Below, in pieces: positions 31,523 through 35,795 of a stretch of DNA of 35,795 nt. The notes beneath the pieces were generated by a model. It searched no databases. It was not told the origin of the DNA and was given only the letters and a program-made list of their open reading frames with translations. The DNA lies in assembly GCA_002297185.1 (NCBI GenBank), contig DBJV01000071.1, forward strand, positions 1 to 35,795, given 5' to 3'. Position numbers and translations under genes: made by a program. Each line of letters starts with the position of its first letter. Positions within the stretch are counted from its first letter, which is position 1. This DNA is from Christensenella sp. UBA767 (GTDB lineage Bacteria > Bacillota > Clostridia > Christensenellales > CAG-917).

Positions 31523-33325
31523 TTGAGCAAAAAACACATCCGCAATTTTTCCATAATCGCGCACATCGACCACGGCAAGAGTACGCTTGCCGATCGCCTC
31601 ATTGAAAAAACAGGCACGGTATCCGAGCGTGATATGTCCGAGCAACTTTTGGACAATATGGAGATTGAAAAAGAGCGCGGCATCACCATCAAATTGCAAA
31701 CTTGCAGACTCTATTACAAATACAAAGGCGAGGAATATATCCTCAACCTTATAGACACTCCCGGTCACGTCGATTTCACCTACGAAGTATCACGCTCGCT
31801 CGCAGCATGCGAGGGCGCATTGCTCGTCGTCGATGCAACGCAAGGCGTAGAGGCTCAAACGCTCTCCAACGTCTATCTTGCGCTTGAAAACGACTTGACA
31901 ATTTTGCCCGTAATCAACAAAATCGACCTTGCATCCGCCGACGTCGATGCCGTGAAACTGGAAATCGAGGACATAATCGGTCTCGATACCGAGGGCTGTC
32001 CGCTCGTATCGGCAAAAGAGGGCATAGGCGTTGACAATTTGATTGCTCAAATCATCGAAAAACTGCCTGCTCCAACGGGCGATGACGACGCACCCCTCAA
32101 AGCACTCATTTTCGACAGTTTTTACGACAACTACCGCGGCGCAATTTCAATGGTTCGTATTATGGACGGCACCGTAAAGGTTGGCGACAAAATCAAGATG
32201 ATGGCGACGGGCAAGAGCTTTGAAGTTGTGGAAGTCGGCTATTTCTCACCCGGTATGCGCCCTTGCGACAAACTCTCGAGCGGTGAAGTAGGCTATATCG
32301 CTGCAAGCATCAAGAACGTAAGCGATACCGCAGTCGGCGATACCGTAACTAATGCGGAAAATCCTGCAAAAGAGGCACTTCCCGGCTATAAAAAGGCAAC
32401 TCCGATGGTCTATACGGGCGTTTTCCCTGCGGATGGTGCAAGATACGACGATTTGAAAGAGGCTCTCTTAAAACTCCAACTCAACGACGCCTCGCTCAGT
32501 TTCGATCCCGAAGTATCCACGGCGCTCGGCTTTGGATTCAGATGCGGATTCCTCGGTCTTTTGCATATGGAAATCATCGAGGAAAGGCTTGAAAGAGAGT
32601 TCGACCTCGACCTTATCACCACCGCGCCCAGCGTTTCGTATATCGTCACAAAGACCAACGGCGAGAAACTCACCATCGACAATCCCACCGCTTTGCCCAA
32701 TCCCAGCGAAATCGCGTATATCGAAGAGCCAATCGTCAAAGCCACGCTTTATACGCCGCCCGAATACGTCGGACCTATTATGGAATTGTGCCAAGGCAAG
32801 AGAGGCGTATTTATCGATATGTCGTATATCGATCCCACGCGCGTGCAAATCATCTATCGCATGCCGCTCAACGAGATTATTTACGACTTTTTCGACAGCC
32901 TCAAATCACGCACAAGAGGTTACGCCTCACTCGATTACGAAATGGACGGCTACGAAAAGAGCGACCTCGTGCGCCTCGACATGATGATAAACGGCGAGAT
33001 GTGCGACGCACTCTCCATAATCGTACACAAAGACAACGCCTACGCCCGTGGCAGAGGCATTGCGGAGAAACTCAAAGACGTTATCCCGAGGCAACTTTTC
33101 GAAGTGCCTATCCAAGCCACCGTCGGCGGCAAAATCATTGCGCGCGAGACGGTAAAAGCAATGCGAAAAGACGTCTTGGCAAAGTGCTACGGCGGCGACA
33201 TCACGCGCAAAAAGAAACTTCTCGAAAAGCAAAAAGAGGGCAAAAAACGTATGCGCAAAGTGGGCAGTGTAGAAGTGCCTAGCGAGGCGTTTATCTCCAT
33301 CCTCAAGGTGGATCCCAACAAGTAA
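31523..33325 (+). CDS. lepA: Elongation factor 4 (LepA)
   Basis: [28 protein letters not shown] and NKID motifs plus the LepA C-terminal region. Start is uncertain: TTG 31523 follows GAGGA, with in-frame GTG 31508 and TTG 31505 as alternatives. Confidence 0.93.
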   Translation: MSKKHIRNFSIIAHIDHGKSTLADRLIEKTGTVSERDMSEQLLDNMEIEKERGITIKLQTCRLYYKYKGEEYILNLIDTPGHVDFTYEVSRSLAACEGALLVVDATQGVEAQTLSNVYLALENDLTILPVINKIDLASADVDAVKLEIEDIIGLDTEGCPLVSAKEGIGVDNLIAQIIEKLPAPTGDDDAPLKALIFDSFYDNYRGAISMVRIMDGTVKVGDKIKMMATGKSFEVVEVGYFSPGMRPCDKLSSGEVGYIAASIKNVSDTAVGDTVTNAENPAKEALPGYKKATPMVYTGVFPADGARYDDLKEALLKLQLNDASLSFDPEVSTALGFGFRCGFLGLLHMEIIEERLEREFDLDLITTAPSVSYIVTKTNGEKLTIDNPTALPNPSEIAYIEEPIVKATLYTPPEYVGPIMELCQGKRGVFIDMSYIDPTRVQIIYRMPLNEIIYDFFDSLKSRTRGYASLDYEMDGYEKSDLVRLDMMINGEMCDALSIIVHKDNAYARGRGIAEKLKDVIPRQLFEVPIQATVGGKIIARETVKAMRKDVLAKCYGGDITRKKKLLEKQKEGKKRMRKVGSVEVPSEAFISILKVDPNK

Positions 33326-33329
33326 AATC

Positions 33330-33362
33330 ATACCCCGAAAACCATTGTGTCTTTCGGGGTAT
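33330..33362 (+). terminator. Hairpin after lepA (weak terminator)
   Basis: ataccccgaaa...tttcggggtat is an 11-bp stem. The trailing sequence is TATATATATT rather than a clean U-tract. Confidence 0.4.
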
Positions 33363-33375
33363 ATATATTGAAAAA

Positions 33376-34500
33376 ATGCAACTGTACGTCCATATTCCGT
33401 TCTGCAAATCGAAGTGTCGCTATTGCGATTTCAACTCGTATGTCTGCTTTGACAATACGACTATTTTGCGGTATCTAAACGCCTTAAATAAAGAAATCGC
33501 TCTTGCAGGCAACAAATATTGCCATGCAAAAATCGATACGATTTATATAGGCGGTGGCACTCCGAGTGTTTTGAATGAAAACGACGTAAAAAGCATTGCA
33601 GATACAATCAAAAATCACTTCGATTTATCGTCGCTTACGGAGTGGACGATAGAGTGCAATCCCGAGAGCATAACGGAGAGTAAACTCAAAGCCTATGGGG
33701 ATATCGGTATCAACCGCATAAGCATAGGCGTGCAAAGCCTCGACGACAGAAATTTGAAGGCAATCGGGCGCATACACTCGAGCGCCGTCGCACTTGACAA
33801 AATCAAACTCGCAAACGAATATTTTGACAACGTATCTTGCGATTTGATTATAGGATTGCCCTATGATGACGAAAATAGTGTAAGAGAAGAGGTTTTGACG
33901 CTTGCGCCTCTCGTCAAACATATCTCTATGTACGAACTTATCGTCGAGGACGGAACTCCGCTTAAAAGCATGGTCGAGCGTGGGGAAATTAAACTTCCTT
34001 GCGATGACGATACTCAATCGCTGTTCGAGGCGGCAATCGACGAGGCAAAAAAGTGTGGGCTTGAAAGATACGAAGTCTCCAATTTTGCCAAAAACGGACT
34101 CATATCGAGGCACAATTTCGGCTATTGGACAAGGGAAGAGTACCTTGGTTTAGGCGCAGGCGCATATTCGCTTGTAAAAACCTCGGACGGATGCAAAACG
34201 CTTGACAAAGAAACGCGTTTTGCCAACGTAAAAGACGTAAATCAATATATAAAATATATTGAAGATTCGCAGAATTTCGACGATATCTGCAGAGTTGACG
34301 TCGAATATTTGAGCGAAAAAGACGTGAAGAACGAGGCAATTATGCTCGGACTTCGCACCACGAGGGGCGTTGAAAGCAATCTTTTGACAATCCCGAACAA
34401 CTTGAAAATCTTTTTTGAAGAGGCAGACGGTTTAACACGGCTTAACGCAAGGGGGATGGCTGTGATGAATTCGGTGCTAACCGAAATATTGGATATATAA
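33376..34500 (+). CDS. hemW: Radical SAM heme chaperone HemW (HemN-like)
   Basis: HIPFCKSKCRYCDF (CxxxCxxC), GGGTPS, and the conserved lepA-hemW synteny. Confidence 0.9.
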   Translation: MQLYVHIPFCKSKCRYCDFNSYVCFDNTTILRYLNALNKEIALAGNKYCHAKIDTIYIGGGTPSVLNENDVKSIADTIKNHFDLSSLTEWTIECNPESITESKLKAYGDIGINRISIGVQSLDDRNLKAIGRIHSSAVALDKIKLANEYFDNVSCDLIIGLPYDDENSVREEVLTLAPLVKHISMYELIVEDGTPLKSMVERGEIKLPCDDDTQSLFEAAIDEAKKCGLERYEVSNFAKNGLISRHNFGYWTREEYLGLGAGAYSLVKTSDGCKTLDKETRFANVKDVNQYIKYIEDSQNFDDICRVDVEYLSEKDVKNEAIMLGLRTTRGVESNLLTIPNNLKIFFEEADGLTRLNARGMAVMNSVLTEILDI

Positions 34501-34617
34501 TTTTGCGCCACAATAGTTTGCTTTTGCGTGCGTATAAGTTTTATATTTATATTTAGGCGAATATGATTGTCAATTCAAAAATTGTTTGATATACTTTCAT
34601 TATCTCGGAGGACACAA

Positions 34618-35766
34618 ATGACACCGGACTTTTCTGTTTACGGGGAAACCCCCAGCGCACCTATCGCCATCATCGCGACTCCTGGTGCGGAAGAACTTGC
34701 AACCCTCATAGACAAAAGACTAATCACGCTGTTTAGCGAATCACACCTCGGCAAAAAACTACACAAAGACACGTTTATCTTGAAGTCGGATTGTCCGCGT
34801 TTCACCAACGGTGACGCAAAAGGCATAATCTATGAGACTGTAAGAGGAAAGGACTTGTACATCATTTGCGACCCGGGGAACCACGGCGTAACCTATCCCT
34901 TCTTCGGGAAAATGATTCCGCTCACGCCCGACGAGCATTTTGAGAACTTAAAGCGCATAATATGTGCTTGTAACGGCAAACCCGAGCGTATAACGGTAGT
35001 TATGCCAATGCTTTACGGCGGACGCCAACATCGCAGAAGTGCAAGAGAATCTCTTGACTGCGCACAAATGTTGCAAGAACTTCAAAATATGGGCGTAAGC
35101 GACATCATCACCTTCGACGCACACGACCCGAGAGTGCAAAACGCCGTTCCGCTTATGGGATTTGACAACTACTTCGTGCATTATCAAATCCTCAAATGCC
35201 TCACGAGGAATTTCCCCGACGTGCGCCTCAATAAAGACAGCCTCATGGTCATTTCACCCGACGAGGGCGCAATCCCCAGAAACGTGTATTACGCCTCCGT
35301 ACTCGGACTTGACCTCGGCATGTTCTACAAACGCCGCGACTATTCCACGATAATCAACGGTCGCAATCCCATCATCGCGCACGAATATATCGGCTCATCG
35401 GTTGAAGGGAAGAACGTATTTGTGGCAGACGATATGATTGCCACGGGCGATTCAATCCTCCACCTCGCAAAAGAAATCAAGGCAAAGGGCGCAAAAAAGG
35501 TGTTCCTTGCCGCAACTTTCTCGCTCTTCACGGAAGGCATCGAGAAATTCAACAAAGCATATGAAGAAGGCGTATTCGACGCAGTCCTCTCAACGAACCT
35601 CACTTATCGCATTCCCGAACTTAAGGATTGCAAGTGGTTTATTGAGGCGGACTTGTCCAAATACATCTCGTATATAATCGCAGCCGCCAACGTCAACGAA
35701 TCGGTGTCCAACTTGCTCGATCCGTCCCAAAAGATCAGAGAGCTTGTTGCTCGCCTCGGCGAATAA
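34618..35766 (+). CDS. Ribose-phosphate diphosphokinase family protein (long, divergent Prs-like)
   Basis: RFTNGDAKGIIYETVRGKDLYII, YGGRQHRR and VADDMIATGDSI (PRPP-binding loop). Start is ATG 34618 after GGAGGA. Promoter is TTGTCA, 17 nt, TATACT. Confidence 0.75.
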   Translation: MTPDFSVYGETPSAPIAIIATPGAEELATLIDKRLITLFSESHLGKKLHKDTFILKSDCPRFTNGDAKGIIYETVRGKDLYIICDPGNHGVTYPFFGKMIPLTPDEHFENLKRIICACNGKPERITVVMPMLYGGRQHRRSARESLDCAQMLQELQNMGVSDIITFDAHDPRVQNAVPLMGFDNYFVHYQILKCLTRNFPDVRLNKDSLMVISPDEGAIPRNVYYASVLGLDLGMFYKRRDYSTIINGRNPIIAHEYIGSSVEGKNVFVADDMIATGDSILHLAKEIKAKGAKKVFLAATFSLFTEGIEKFNKAYEEGVFDAVLSTNLTYRIPELKDCKWFIEADLSKYISYIIAAANVNESVSNLLDPSQKIRELVARLGE

Positions 35767-35795
35767 GGCTGCACAAAGGAGTAAAAAATGAAAAT

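Noticed and set aside
35788-35795. ATG after AAGGAG at the window end, a probable start of the next gene
   Set aside because: Only 8 nt are visible, so the gene cannot be identified.

Overview
This 35.8-kb chromosomal window comes from a Bacillota (Clostridia-like) genome and is almost entirely core housekeeping. In order it contains a large-type SRP RNA, an ABC-2 exporter pair, tRNA-Gly(CCC), a long type-2 ileS, two RNA-modification enzymes, a small sigma-region-4-like HTH protein and ylbJ-tmcAL. It continues with pta-ackA, rpmF, plsX-rnc, smc-ftsY, ylxM-ffh-rpsP-khpA-rimM-trmD, rbgA-rnhB-yraN and rplS. The last third holds a CBM-fused GT-C-like membrane protein, an XRE/DUF3862-like pair, a GDPD, lepA-hemW and a long Prs-like kinase. 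I see no CRISPR array, transposase, integrase, phage genes or defence-type gene cluster. The unexplained signal is non-coding and has three parts. (1) Three same-strand arrays sit in intra-operon spacers (smc|ftsY, trmD|rbgA, rbgA|rnhB). Each is built from 22-bp units in which an invariant 9-mer AATATCACT alternates with short GC-rich hairpins whose stems differ by paired substitutions, and each has a GGAAT-ATTCC palindrome as leader. (2) A family of ~130-bp rod-like inverted-repeat elements starts at the stop codons of rpmF and ftsY, and a third copy is cut by the window start. Copies differ by compensatory changes in both stems. (3) A pair of inverted REP-like units sits between duplicated copies of the array leader palindrome, which looks like a filled site next to two empty ones. 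Smaller oddities are a non-GNRA apex in SRP RNA helix 8, phased ACAC-N5-GTGT motifs by the ABC operon, rplS displaced from its usual post-trmD position, and ileS without a T-box leader. All functional readings of the repeats are inference; nothing here was checked against a database.
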